The notes beneath the pieces are model-generated. The model made no database searches, was not told the DNA's origin, and saw nothing but the letters and a program-made list of their open reading frames with translations. DNA of 64,000 bases from Bryobacteraceae bacterium. Its GTDB lineage: Bacteria; Acidobacteriota; Terriglobia; Bryobacterales; Bryobacteraceae. The first letter of the stretch is position 1. Every line of letters begins with the position of its first letter. This document shows positions 9,008 through 17,165 of this stretch, piece by piece. The stretch covers positions 4,293-68,292 of the forward strand of contig JBEKQS010000002.1 in the NCBI GenBank assembly GCA_049519475.1, written 5' to 3'. Position numbers and translations under genes: made by a program.

Positions 9008-9481
9008 TCACAAGCTCCATACCGACGACCCGTATGCCGTGGCCGGCTCCACCGGCGGGTTCTGTGCCCAGGGATTCTCGGCCGGCGCCGCCGCCTGCGT
9101 TTCCCGCTTCACCCCCTGCCACGCCTCCGCCAGCGTGGCCAGCAACCCCAGCACTTCGGCCAGCGGCTCGTCGGCCTGCTGGAAATTCGCTTCCAGCAGC
9201 CTCCGCTGCATGTAATCGTATAGTTGCGCCAGTCGCCCGCTGATCTCGCCGCCGCGTTCATGATCGAGCGCCGCCACCAGTTCCTGCAGAATGCCGAATG
9301 CCTTGGTGATCGAACGCGACCGCGCCGCGATCTCTCCCGCCGCCAGATACCGCCGCGCCTCCCGCACTGCCTCGATGGCAGCCTCGTACAGCAGATGTAC
9401 CAGTTCCAGCGGATCCGCCGAAAGCACCCGGCTTTCCAGGTATGCGTCGTGCGCGTTCTGCCACATTTTCGTTCTCCCCAC
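9008..9481 (-). CDS. fliS: Flagellar export chaperone FliS
   Basis: ...AYLESRVLSADPLELVHLLYEAAIEAVREARRYLAAGEIAARSRSITKAFGILQELVAALDHERGGEISGRLAQLYDYMQRRLLEAN is a typical FliS four-helix sequence. Confidence 0.88.
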   Translation of the reverse strand: MGRTKMWQNAHDAYLESRVLSADPLELVHLLYEAAIEAVREARRYLAAGEIAARSRSITKAFGILQELVAALDHERGGEISGRLAQLYDYMQRRLLEANFQQADEPLAEVLGLLATLAEAWQGVKRETQAAAPAENPWAQNPPVEPATAYGSSVWSL

Positions 9482-9518
9482 TCCCTCTCATCGGCAGATC
9501 CGGCAGCTTCCTTACGCC

Positions 9519-9803
9519 TCAGCCCTTGCCCGGATTCAGATTCTCCGCCAGATCCAATACGTATTCCGGCGGAAGCTGCAGAACCACGTCCTTGGTCGCA
9601 CGATTGACCACTTTGATCACCATGCGCTGCGTCTGCGGGTTTTTCTGAAACACCAGTTCGTTCTCCTGCCCGAACATTTCCGTGTTGTTCAGCGCCTTGA
9701 CGGCTTGAACCACTTCCCGGTTCTCCGCCGCCTTTTCCACCGGCATGGGCGTAGCTACCGATGGCAAATCCTGCGAAATGCGATTCAGGGCGGTAATATC
9801 CAT
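9519..9803 (-). CDS. flaG: FlaG family flagellar protein
   Basis: Contains VVQAVKALNNTEMFGQENELVFQKNPQTQRMVIKVVNRATKDVVLQLPPEYVLDLAENL. I prefer the internal ATG at 9803 (MDITALN...) because GAGGAG lies 5 nt upstream. The track ORF extends to 9860. Confidence 0.8.
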   Translation of the reverse strand: MDITALNRISQDLPSVATPMPVEKAAENREVVQAVKALNNTEMFGQENELVFQKNPQTQRMVIKVVNRATKDVVLQLPPEYVLDLAENLNPGKG

Positions 9804-9876
9804 AACGGCTCCTCGGGAGAAAACTCGGACCCGGCCAGGCGTTTCCTCTGCCGCACCCACTTTCTCCGCACCTTCC

Positions 9877-9903
9877 TTATCGGCCCACCACCCGAAAACT
9901 GTA
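9877..9903 (-). promoter_or_regulatory. Sigma-28 (FliA)-type promoter candidate for flaG-fliS
   Basis: The minus strand reads TACA-N15-GCCGATAA. The -10 element is a perfect 8/8 match to the FliA consensus GCCGATAA (plus-strand ttatcggc at 9877-9884). The -35 is 3/4 against TAAA. It lies about 75 nt upstream of the flaG ATG. Confidence 0.55.
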
Positions 9904-9950
9904 AATCACGAATCCCCCATCCCCGCCGAAGAGTTAGGCAAAAGGATTTT

Positions 9951-10139
9951 ATGCCCAAACCGGTCGCGGTCATCGGAATCGACCCCCGCGAGCTTCGCTG
10001 GCTCCGTATGCTCCTCGCCCTGCTCCGGCATCCCGATCCCAGCGTCGCCGAACTTGCCCGCCAGGCCCTCCTCTACCTCACTGAGGCCGCCCACCAGCGC
10101 GCCATCGCGCACGCCCAGCCCATCGACCACGCCGGCTAG
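9951..10139 (+). CDS. Small hypothetical protein (62 aa)
   Basis: ATG at 9951 preceded by AAAGGA. The reading frame has GC-rich third positions. Sequence is MPKPVAVIGIDPRELRWLRMLLALLRHPDPSVAELARQALLYLTEAAHQRAIAHAQPIDHAG. No family recognised. Confidence 0.4.
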   Translation: MPKPVAVIGIDPRELRWLRMLLALLRHPDPSVAELARQALLYLTEAAHQRAIAHAQPIDHAG

Positions 10140-10180
10140 CGCGCGCTCCCCTCGCCTGTCAATGTGGGTTTTGGAAAAGT

Positions 10181-11272
10181 CTACTGCCCGATCCGATTGG
10201 GATAATAATCCGGCCGCGTAAGCGCTTTATAAGATCCAGGCGGCAGCGTCGGAATCTCTACCTTGATCCTGTGCTTATCTTTATTCGCCGATACCGCATC
10301 GAATTCCGGCTGGTACCGCAGAATATACTGCGTCGTGATCTCGCCCTCGAGCGAGCCCACCGCCTTATAAATCGCGGAATTGATGGCGGCCGCATACCCG
10401 CCGGTCCCGACATGCAAAGCGTAATTGCCTTCGTCGGACGGCTGCGAAAGAAACCCCGACACCCCGGAATACGGGTTGTCCAGCGGATACCATACCCGCC
10501 CGCCCGTCGATGTGGCCAGCTTTTCCAACTGGTCCCGATCCGGATCGTCCATTCCGTACGCCGCCGTGCTCACCCCGTAAATTGTTACCAGCTTCTGCTG
10601 CGCCAGTTCGATCACCTGGTCAATCGTATACTCACTGGCGCTGTCGTGCCCGTTCCCGAACACCACGATGATGCGGCGCGGCTGGTACGGCTCGCCCGGA
10701 ATCAATTGCCGGTCCGTGCATGCCCGCTTGACCGCGTCGAACAACGCCGCTCCCCCGCCCGGCTTCATCCGGTCCACTTGCACCGTCAGCTTGTCGGGAT
10801 CCCAAGTGGTATTCACCAGCAACTCCGCCGTGGTGGAGAAGGAAATCAGGTAACCTGTGTAGTTCTTGTCGTTCGGCAACAAGCCCCACACCATTTCCTT
10901 CACGGCGTCTTTGTAATTCTGCCAGTGAATGGTGCTGTTGTTGCTCATGTCCACCAGGAACCCGATCACCGTGGGCTGGTTTCGGTCGTGGCTGAAAAAC
11001 TTGATTTTCTGCACCCGGCCCTCGTCCAGGATCCGGAAGTCCTTCTGTTCCAGGTTGTCGATGAAGTTCCCTCTATCATCGGTGACCGTCACCGGCAGGA
11101 TGACTTCCGTTACCGTCGCCCGGATGGTCGGCAGAGGTGTTTGTTGCGTTTGCGGTGGCGCCGGCGGTTGAGCCGGCGGCTGGCTCTTCTGCCCCTGTTG
11201 CGGCGAGCCCGGCATCGATAGCAAAAGCCCTCCGGCACAGACAATCACGGTAGCGCGCAAAATGGTAGTCAC
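10181..11272 (-). CDS. Secreted VWA domain protein (VWFA-related acidobacterial type)
   Basis: Signal peptide and a Q/P-rich linker, then IRATVTEVILPVTVTDDRGNFIDNLEQKDFRILDEGRVQKIKFFS and a VWA-like core (VIGFLVDMSNNS...). This resembles the family I recall as TIGR03436. Confidence 0.8.
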   Translation of the reverse strand: MTTILRATVIVCAGGLLLSMPGSPQQGQKSQPPAQPPAPPQTQQTPLPTIRATVTEVILPVTVTDDRGNFIDNLEQKDFRILDEGRVQKIKFFSHDRNQPTVIGFLVDMSNNSTIHWQNYKDAVKEMVWGLLPNDKNYTGYLISFSTTAELLVNTTWDPDKLTVQVDRMKPGGGAALFDAVKRACTDRQLIPGEPYQPRRIIVVFGNGHDSASEYTIDQVIELAQQKLVTIYGVSTAAYGMDDPDRDQLEKLATSTGGRVWYPLDNPYSGVSGFLSQPSDEGNYALHVGTGGYAAAINSAIYKAVGSLEGEITTQYILRYQPEFDAVSANKDKHRIKVEIPTLPPGSYKALTRPDYYPNRIGQ

Positions 11273-11341
11273 GGCGTTGTCCTTATTCTACCGCGATCGG
11301 CCGGCCGCCATGCCGCCCGCGGCCGTGCGCGCCCTGCGCCT

Positions 11342-12460
11342 CTACTTGACCGCTACTACATCCATCGCGAAACCGGCGTCCATCGAGGGCACACCCTCCT
11401 CCGGCTCGAGCGAACCCGCCGGCGGCCGCGCGGCGTCGAAGAATTCCCCCCGCACCTTCCGCACCTGCTCCGCGATGCCCGATGACAGCGCATAGTACTG
11501 CGCGAACGCCACCCCCCGCGTGGATGCTCCGGCCTGCTCCAGCGATCTCTCCAGCCGCTCGAACGCCAGCCGCGCGTCCTTTTCCGCGAATCCAAACGAC
11601 ACCTGCGAGCCCGTCAGCACCACCTTCGACGCGCCCACCAACGCCACCTGCGATTGTCCCGCCTCTCGCGGCAGGCCTTCCGGGTTCAAAACCGCCAGTG
11701 GCGCACCCACCTCCCGGCGCAGTCGCGCCACGGCTTCGCATGCCGCCAGCGCCCTGGCCGGCGCCCGTCGCGTCTGCACGAAGTCCGCCGCCGCGCCCGG
11801 AAACTCCGCGGCAACCAGCTTCCGCGTCGCATCCAACCCGTCCAGCGAACTCAGAAAACACGTCACCCGCGCTACATCCGCGGGCTCCGAACCCGCCGCT
11901 TTCACCGCCACTCGCAGCGCCCCCAGCGATTTCACCGCCAGTGGCCCCACCGCGTCCAGCGGATTCTCCGACCACGCCGATTGCGCCGAGATCAGCGCCA
12001 GCCCATAGCGGCTCATCTCCTTCTTGCCCTCGGCGATTCCCTCCAGCACCACCTGCGCCCCTTCCAGCGGCAACCCTCCCGCCTGCACCAGGCTCAGTAC
12101 CGGCAACGCCTGCTTTCGCTCCGTGAAGACTTCGCTCACCAGGTCGCGTACCCGCCGCGCATCGCCCGAACCCGCCACAAACGCCCGGATTTTCAGAATC
12201 GAATCGCCCTTGGCTTGGTGGATCAGCGCGCTCAGCGCGTCGCGGACCTGCTTCGTCAGCAGGCCTTTGCCCGAGAGCGGCGTCACATGGAACGTGAACT
12301 TTCGCGGATCGCCTTCTACCGCCGTGGGAAGGTCCCTGGGCAGTTGTAACGTTTGGGTTTCGTCCTTTTTCTTTTGTGGAAACGCCAGAAGCCCCAGCCC
12401 GCACGCTAACGCGGCCAACTTCACCCCTTTTTTCGCGACGCGGCCGCGCTCAAACCGCAT
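11342..12460 (-). CDS. Lipoprotein with three tandem RidA/YjgF-like domains
   Basis: Start taken at the ATG at 12460, giving MRFERGRVAKKGVKLAALACG (lipobox ALAC). Three segments each end in a RidA-like strand pattern: ...KIRAFVAGSGDARRVRDLVSEVF...LEGAQVVLEGIA, then ...VARVTCFLSSLDGLDATRKLVAAEF...ALAACEAVARL, then ...AFAQYYALSSGIAEQVRKVRGEFF...AGFAMDVVAV. Confidence 0.7.
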   Translation of the reverse strand: MRFERGRVAKKGVKLAALACGLGLLAFPQKKKDETQTLQLPRDLPTAVEGDPRKFTFHVTPLSGKGLLTKQVRDALSALIHQAKGDSILKIRAFVAGSGDARRVRDLVSEVFTERKQALPVLSLVQAGGLPLEGAQVVLEGIAEGKKEMSRYGLALISAQSAWSENPLDAVGPLAVKSLGALRVAVKAAGSEPADVARVTCFLSSLDGLDATRKLVAAEFPGAAADFVQTRRAPARALAACEAVARLRREVGAPLAVLNPEGLPREAGQSQVALVGASKVVLTGSQVSFGFAEKDARLAFERLERSLEQAGASTRGVAFAQYYALSSGIAEQVRKVRGEFFDAARPPAGSLEPEEGVPSMDAGFAMDVVAVK

Positions 12461-12507
12461 AGAATTAGGATTGTAGCAAAGCGACCTCGGATCTCCCGGA
12501 CCAAACC

Positions 12508-13740
12508 ATGCTTCCGACCGACAGCAAGCCGATGGCATCGTCCCAGGGCAAAGGACTCCGCCGCCGGCGCCGCCGCGGAAAACCGCCGTGGATTTTGCGC
12601 TTCTGGTGGCTGATCCCTCTCGTCGCCCTCGCCCTCTCCGCTCCATGGATCTCTTCCTGGTTCGCCAGCCCCCCCGCGTCGCGCCACCCGCCGCTCCCCG
12701 GCTACATCACCAGCGCCGATTCGCTCCGCCAGGAATTCCTCCGCTTTCAAGGCAAGCCCCTCGCCGACCCGGCCATCCAACAGGATTTCGACCGCGCCTC
12801 CGACCTCATGAACCAGGGCGAGTATTCCTCCTCCGCCGTCCTCCTCGAAACCGTCGCCAAGTCCGCCCCCCTTCCCGTCGTCTATAACAACCTCGGCGTC
12901 CTCTACGTCAAACTCAACGATGGCACCGGGGCCGTCGGCGCGTTCCGTGAGGTTCTCGCCCGCGACTTCGAGTATTCCCCAGCCCGTCAGAATCTCACGC
13001 GCTTCAAACTCGGCAACTCCGCCGACCCCGTCACCCACGAGGTCGAACCGAACGGCACCAACCGCCTCGCCAACGTCGTCTCCCTCGGCAGGTCCGTCGA
13101 TGCCGAAATCTCTCCCGACGTCAACGATGTCGATTGCTTCCGCGTCACTTCTCCGCCCGCGCCCCGCGACCTTCTGCTCGTCCAACTCGCCAACCGCTCC
13201 CTGACTCTCGCTCCCCGCCTCCGCATCTACGATGCCGACAGCCGTCTCCTGGACTGGTCCGCAGAATCCCAGGAACCCGGAGCGTCTCTCCGCGAAGTCA
13301 TTTCAGCGCCTCCCAATGCCACGCTCTTTCTCCGCGCCGAAGGACTCATCGATACCGCCGGTGCCTACTCCCTCACCGTCTCTCCCATGAAAGCCTTTGA
13401 CGCTTTCGAGCCCAACGACGACATCCTCACCGCCACCAGAATTGGCCTCAATCAAACCGTCGAAGCCAATATCATGGACGGCGAAGACACCGATTATTAC
13501 TCCTTCCGCGGCTCCGAGCGCGGCGCCGTCACCATTGAGATTCAGAACCGCTCCAAGACCCTCATCCCCGCCCTCACCACTTTCACCCCCGAAATGGCCA
13601 ACAGTGGCTTTGGCCCCAAACTGACCGCTCCCGGCTCCGACCTCCACTTCTCCATGAAAGTCGACTCCGGCAAGACCTACTACATCCAGGTTTGGGCCCA
13701 GTCCAAGACCGCCGGCGATTACTCCCTCACCATCAAGTGA
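12508..13740 (+). CDS. Membrane-anchored TPR plus two PPC (pre-peptidase C-terminal)-like domain protein
   Basis: Arg-rich N-terminus plus a TM (WWLIPLVALALSAPWI), a TPR-like segment (YNNLGVLYVKLNDGTGAVGAFREVL), and two blocks of the form EPNG/EPND...D.D.F/Y. Confidence 0.7.
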   Translation: MLPTDSKPMASSQGKGLRRRRRRGKPPWILRFWWLIPLVALALSAPWISSWFASPPASRHPPLPGYITSADSLRQEFLRFQGKPLADPAIQQDFDRASDLMNQGEYSSSAVLLETVAKSAPLPVVYNNLGVLYVKLNDGTGAVGAFREVLARDFEYSPARQNLTRFKLGNSADPVTHEVEPNGTNRLANVVSLGRSVDAEISPDVNDVDCFRVTSPPAPRDLLLVQLANRSLTLAPRLRIYDADSRLLDWSAESQEPGASLREVISAPPNATLFLRAEGLIDTAGAYSLTVSPMKAFDAFEPNDDILTATRIGLNQTVEANIMDGEDTDYYSFRGSERGAVTIEIQNRSKTLIPALTTFTPEMANSGFGPKLTAPGSDLHFSMKVDSGKTYYIQVWAQSKTAGDYSLTIK

Positions 13741-13801
13741 CGGCGTGAATAGCGTGAAGCACGCGGGTCTTCCGCGCGACCGCCATCGTACTCGCCCATG
13801 A

Positions 13802-13951
13802 TGCGCGAACATCTGCGCGCTTGCCGGCGTGATTACCGTGACGCAGGCCGGGAATGTCTCCGCCGTCCGCGCCTATGAACGCTGCGGCTTCGTCGCCGAG
13901 CGAATGCAATTCTCGTACCACCACTGGTTTGATGCCGGCCCGATCCGGTAG
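13802..13951 (+). pseudogene. GNAT (WecD-like) acetyltransferase remnant; only the last 40 or so codons
   Basis: Own translation gives ...AGVITVTQAGNVSAVRAYERCGFVAERMQFSYHHWFDAGPIR*. This is the GNAT beta-strand/N..A...YE..GF motif. An in-frame stop lies at 13799-13801 and no N-terminal part is present. It sits directly upstream of the WecE-like gene. Confidence 0.5.
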
Positions 13952-13960
13952 TGTAGGGAC

Positions 13961-15097
13961 ATGGCATTCCGCATCCCGTTCAATGTGCCAGGCCTGGCCG
14001 GCGACGAACTGCGTTACGTGGCCGACGCCATCACCCGGGGTCACACCGCCGGCGACGGCGTGTACACCGCCTGGTGCCACGAATTCCTGCAGCGGGAACT
14101 CGGCGTGCCGCGCGTCCTGCTCACCACCTCCTGTACTCACGCCCTGGAGATGGCGGCGTTGCTGCTCGGCATCCAGGCCGGCGACGAGGTCATCGTTCCC
14201 TCGTTCACCTTTGTCTCCACGGTTAACGCTTTTGTTCTGCGCGGCGCCAAGCCGGTGTTTGCCGATATCCGTCCCGACACCTTGAACCTGAATGAGGAAC
14301 AACTGGAGCCGCTCATCACGCCGCGCACGCGCGCGATTCTCCCGGTGCACTACGCGGGAGTCGGCTGCGAGATGGATCGCATCCTGGAGATTGCGCGGCG
14401 CCACTCCGTCGCCGTGGTGGAAGACAACGCCCACGGCCTGTTCGCGCGCTACCGGGGAAAGCTGCTGGGCACCTTTGGCTGCCTCGCCACACAGAGCTTT
14501 CACGAAACCAAAAACATCATCTGCGGCGAGGGCGGCGCTTTGCTCATCAACGATGCCAGGTACATAGAACGCGCCGAGGTCATCCGCGAAAAAGGAACCA
14601 ACCGCAGCCGCTTCTACCGCGGCCAGGTGGACAAGTATACGTGGGTCGACATCGGATCGAGCTATCTGCCTTCGGAGATTCTCGCGGCATTCCTGCTGGC
14701 CCAGTTGCAGCGCCATGAGCGGATTCAAGCCGTGCGCCAGCGCATCTGGGAGCGGTATGACGAGCGCTTGCGCGATTGGGCCGCGAGCAGGGGCGTGGTC
14801 TGCCCCAAGGTGCCGCCACACTGCCAGCACGCCTTCCACATGTATTACATCCTGACGCCGTCGCTCGACTGCCGGCAGAAGCTGATCGCGCACTTGAAGG
14901 AGCGCAGCATCCTCAGCGTCTTCCACTACCTGCCCTTGCACCTCTCGGATATGGGGAAGCGGTTCGGCGGCCGTGAGGGCCAGTGCCCGGTCACGGAAAG
15001 AGTGGCCGATCGCCTCCTGCGGCTGCCGTTCTACAACGGCTTGACCGAAGAGTTGCAGAACGAAGTCATTCAGGCGCTGGAGGATTTTAAGCCATAG
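13961..15097 (+). CDS. DegT/DnrJ/EryC1 family PLP aminotransferase, WecE-like (dTDP-4-amino-4,6-dideoxy-sugar transaminase)
   Basis: Contains FNVPGLAGDELRYVADAITRGHTAGDGVYT...TSCTHALEMAALLL...SFTFVSTVNAFVLRGAKPVFADI...SFHETKNIICGEGGALLIND...KYTWVDIGSSYLPSE. Confidence 0.88.
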   Translation: MAFRIPFNVPGLAGDELRYVADAITRGHTAGDGVYTAWCHEFLQRELGVPRVLLTTSCTHALEMAALLLGIQAGDEVIVPSFTFVSTVNAFVLRGAKPVFADIRPDTLNLNEEQLEPLITPRTRAILPVHYAGVGCEMDRILEIARRHSVAVVEDNAHGLFARYRGKLLGTFGCLATQSFHETKNIICGEGGALLINDARYIERAEVIREKGTNRSRFYRGQVDKYTWVDIGSSYLPSEILAAFLLAQLQRHERIQAVRQRIWERYDERLRDWAASRGVVCPKVPPHCQHAFHMYYILTPSLDCRQKLIAHLKERSILSVFHYLPLHLSDMGKRFGGREGQCPVTERVADRLLRLPFYNGLTEELQNEVIQALEDFKP

Positions 15098-15177
15098 TGG
15101 GGTAGGCCGGCCTGCGCGGGGCTTCAGTACCGATTACTGGCCCGATTCGCAATATACTCAGAATTGCAACTGACCAC

Positions 15178-16023
15178 ATGCCGGACTTGTCGGCAATAGC
15201 CACGAACATCGAACTGGGCCCGGAGGGTCTTTGGGTTTCTCCGGCAGTGTCCGCTATTTCGTACCCGGAATCGGCCAATGAAATCTGTTTTGGCGTCGAG
15301 GACGCTTCTTTCTGGTTCGCTCACCGCAATCAGTGCATCCTCGCCGCCATCCGAAATCTCCCTCCTCCAGGAGCGTTCTTCGACGTAGGCGGGGGTAACG
15401 GCTACGTGGCAAAAGCATTGCAAGACGCCGGCCTCGACGTTGTGCTGGTGGAACCGGGCATCCATGGATCCCGCAATGCGCGGCGGCGCGGTGTTCTCCA
15501 GGTGGTGTGCTCCACCTTGCAGGATGCCGGTTTTTGTTCCGGCGTTCTGCCCGGCGTCGGGTTGTTTGACGTGGTCGAACACATAGAAGACGATCGCGCT
15601 TTTCTCTCCGATATTCGTTCTTACTTGATCCCCGGTGGCCGCATTTATCTCACCGTGCCCGCGTTCCGGCAGCTTTGGTCCGGCGAGGATAAGGCGGCCG
15701 GCCACTGGCATCGCTACACCCTATCGCAGATCTGCGGTCTTCTCGCTGGCAGTGGCTTCCAGGTCGAGTATGCCACCTGTTTTTTTCAGTTTTTGCTGCT
15801 GCCCATTTTCTTTTTGCGGGCTTTGCCTTACTCGCTGGGCATTTCTTCAAAGAATCGCGGCCCCCAGGCGGTTCAGCGGGATCACCAGGTTGCCAATCCC
15901 GCCCTTCAGCGCGCCATAGGTTGGCTGTGTCGCCGTGAACTCAGGCGCATAAGCTCGCGGCGCCGTATCGGGCTGGGCGCCAGTTGTATGGTGGTCGCAA
16001 AGAAGCCGATTCCCGGAGCCTAG
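15178..16023 (+). CDS. Class I SAM-dependent methyltransferase
   Basis: Contains FFDVGGGNGYVAKALQDAGLDVVLVEPG (motif I), ...FDVVEHIEDD... and GGRIYLTVP. Confidence 0.8.
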   Translation: MPDLSAIATNIELGPEGLWVSPAVSAISYPESANEICFGVEDASFWFAHRNQCILAAIRNLPPPGAFFDVGGGNGYVAKALQDAGLDVVLVEPGIHGSRNARRRGVLQVVCSTLQDAGFCSGVLPGVGLFDVVEHIEDDRAFLSDIRSYLIPGGRIYLTVPAFRQLWSGEDKAAGHWHRYTLSQICGLLAGSGFQVEYATCFFQFLLLPIFFLRALPYSLGISSKNRGPQAVQRDHQVANPALQRAIGWLCRRELRRISSRRRIGLGASCMVVAKKPIPGA

Positions 16024-16082
16024 AGGCCGATGAGCGGGCATGCGGCGTGCCGATCCACCGCCCTGCTACACTACACAGTCGT

Positions 16083-17138
16083 ATGGCTACCCGCCCTCAG
16101 AAGATGACCAATCATCTCCTGTGCCCCAGGCCCTATCCCGAAAAGATCTCCCTCGTTATGCCTATGTACAACGAGGAGGCCATCGTGCCGATTCTGCGCG
16201 GGGAATTGGAGCGCTTCACCGCCGGGACGCCCTGCGAAGTGGAAATGGTCCTCGTGAATGATGGGAGTTCGGATCGAACGCTCGAGCAAATAGCCGGTTG
16301 GGCGTCTGAAGACTCCCGCGTTAAAGTCATCCATCTGTCGCGCAATTTCGGCCATCAACTGGCTGCCACCGCCGGCCTGGATTACTCGACCGGCGATGCT
16401 ATCGTTCTGATCGATGCCGACCTGCAAGACCCCTTGGAAGTGATTCACGAAATGGTCGAGCGTTATCGGGAAGGCTACGACGTTGTCTATGGCCAGCGCG
16501 AGGTCCGGCCTGGAGAGCCGCGTCTCAAACTGGTTACCGCCTGGGCCTTTTATCGTGTCATGCGGCTGTTGACACAAGCTCAGTTGCCGGTCGATGCCGG
16601 CGATTTTCGTCTCCTCTCCCGCCAATTCCGCGACGGGCTGGCCTCCATGCGCGAAACCCACCGCTTCCTGCGCGGCATGGTCGCCTGGGCCGGGTATCCG
16701 CAGATCGCCGTGCGGTACCGGCGGCGCGAGCGCACCGCCGGAGAAACCAAGTACCCACTCCGCAAAATGGCCACGCTCGCCTGGACCGCGGTCACCTCGT
16801 TCTCCAGCCTTCCGCTCAAATTCAGTTTCGGCCTGGGCATTGTGTTCGGGTTGTTCGGCCTCGAGGAAGCCGCGCGTGCCCTTCTGGCGCATTTTCTGGG
16901 AAAGCAAACCGTGCCGGGATGGATCTCCTTAATGGTCGTGACCAGCCTGATAGGCAGCGCATTATTGATGACCATCAGCGTATTGGGGGAATACGTCGGA
17001 AAAATCTACGAGCAGGTAAAAGGGCGGCCTTTGTACCTCGTCGCCCGTACCTTCAACGTGGGAGAACCCGCATGCGGGCATCCACCGGCCCGCTCCGCAG
17101 ACCAGGCCAAGCCCTCAACGGCGAACGATTCGCCGTAG
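16083..17138 (+). CDS. Family 2 glycosyltransferase, ArnC/GtrB-like polyprenyl-phosphate sugar transferase with C-terminal TM helices
   Basis: Internal ATG at 16083. Contains ISLVMPMYNEEAIVPIL...VLVNDGSSDRT...LIDADLQDP...GDFRLLSR, followed by two hydrophobic helices (LAWTAVTSFSSLPLKF..., WISLMVVTSLIGSALLMTISVLGEY). Confidence 0.82.
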   Translation: MATRPQKMTNHLLCPRPYPEKISLVMPMYNEEAIVPILRGELERFTAGTPCEVEMVLVNDGSSDRTLEQIAGWASEDSRVKVIHLSRNFGHQLAATAGLDYSTGDAIVLIDADLQDPLEVIHEMVERYREGYDVVYGQREVRPGEPRLKLVTAWAFYRVMRLLTQAQLPVDAGDFRLLSRQFRDGLASMRETHRFLRGMVAWAGYPQIAVRYRRRERTAGETKYPLRKMATLAWTAVTSFSSLPLKFSFGLGIVFGLFGLEEAARALLAHFLGKQTVPGWISLMVVTSLIGSALLMTISVLGEYVGKIYEQVKGRPLYLVARTFNVGEPACGHPPARSADQAKPSTANDSP

Positions 17139-17165
17139 TTTCCGAATCGCGGCGTCCGGCAATTT

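Noticed and set aside
13733-14941. 402-aa ORF antisense to the WecE-like aminotransferase. Similar long antisense ORFs occur at 37060-38487, 37395-39278, 45800-47896, 54156-55199, 55265-56827, 48270-49847, 62772-63512 and 19992-20987.
   Set aside because: Their composition is Arg/Gly/Ala/Pro-rich and low in complexity, with no recognisable motifs. Each lies opposite a gene with strong family signatures. These are typical stop-codon-poor shadow frames in high-GC DNA.
15984-16082. N-terminal extension of the GT2 ORF (MYGGRKEADSRS...) overlapping the methyltransferase gene
   Set aside because: The extension has no family similarity and overlaps the upstream gene by 40 nt. The conserved GT2 core begins shortly after the ATG at 16083.
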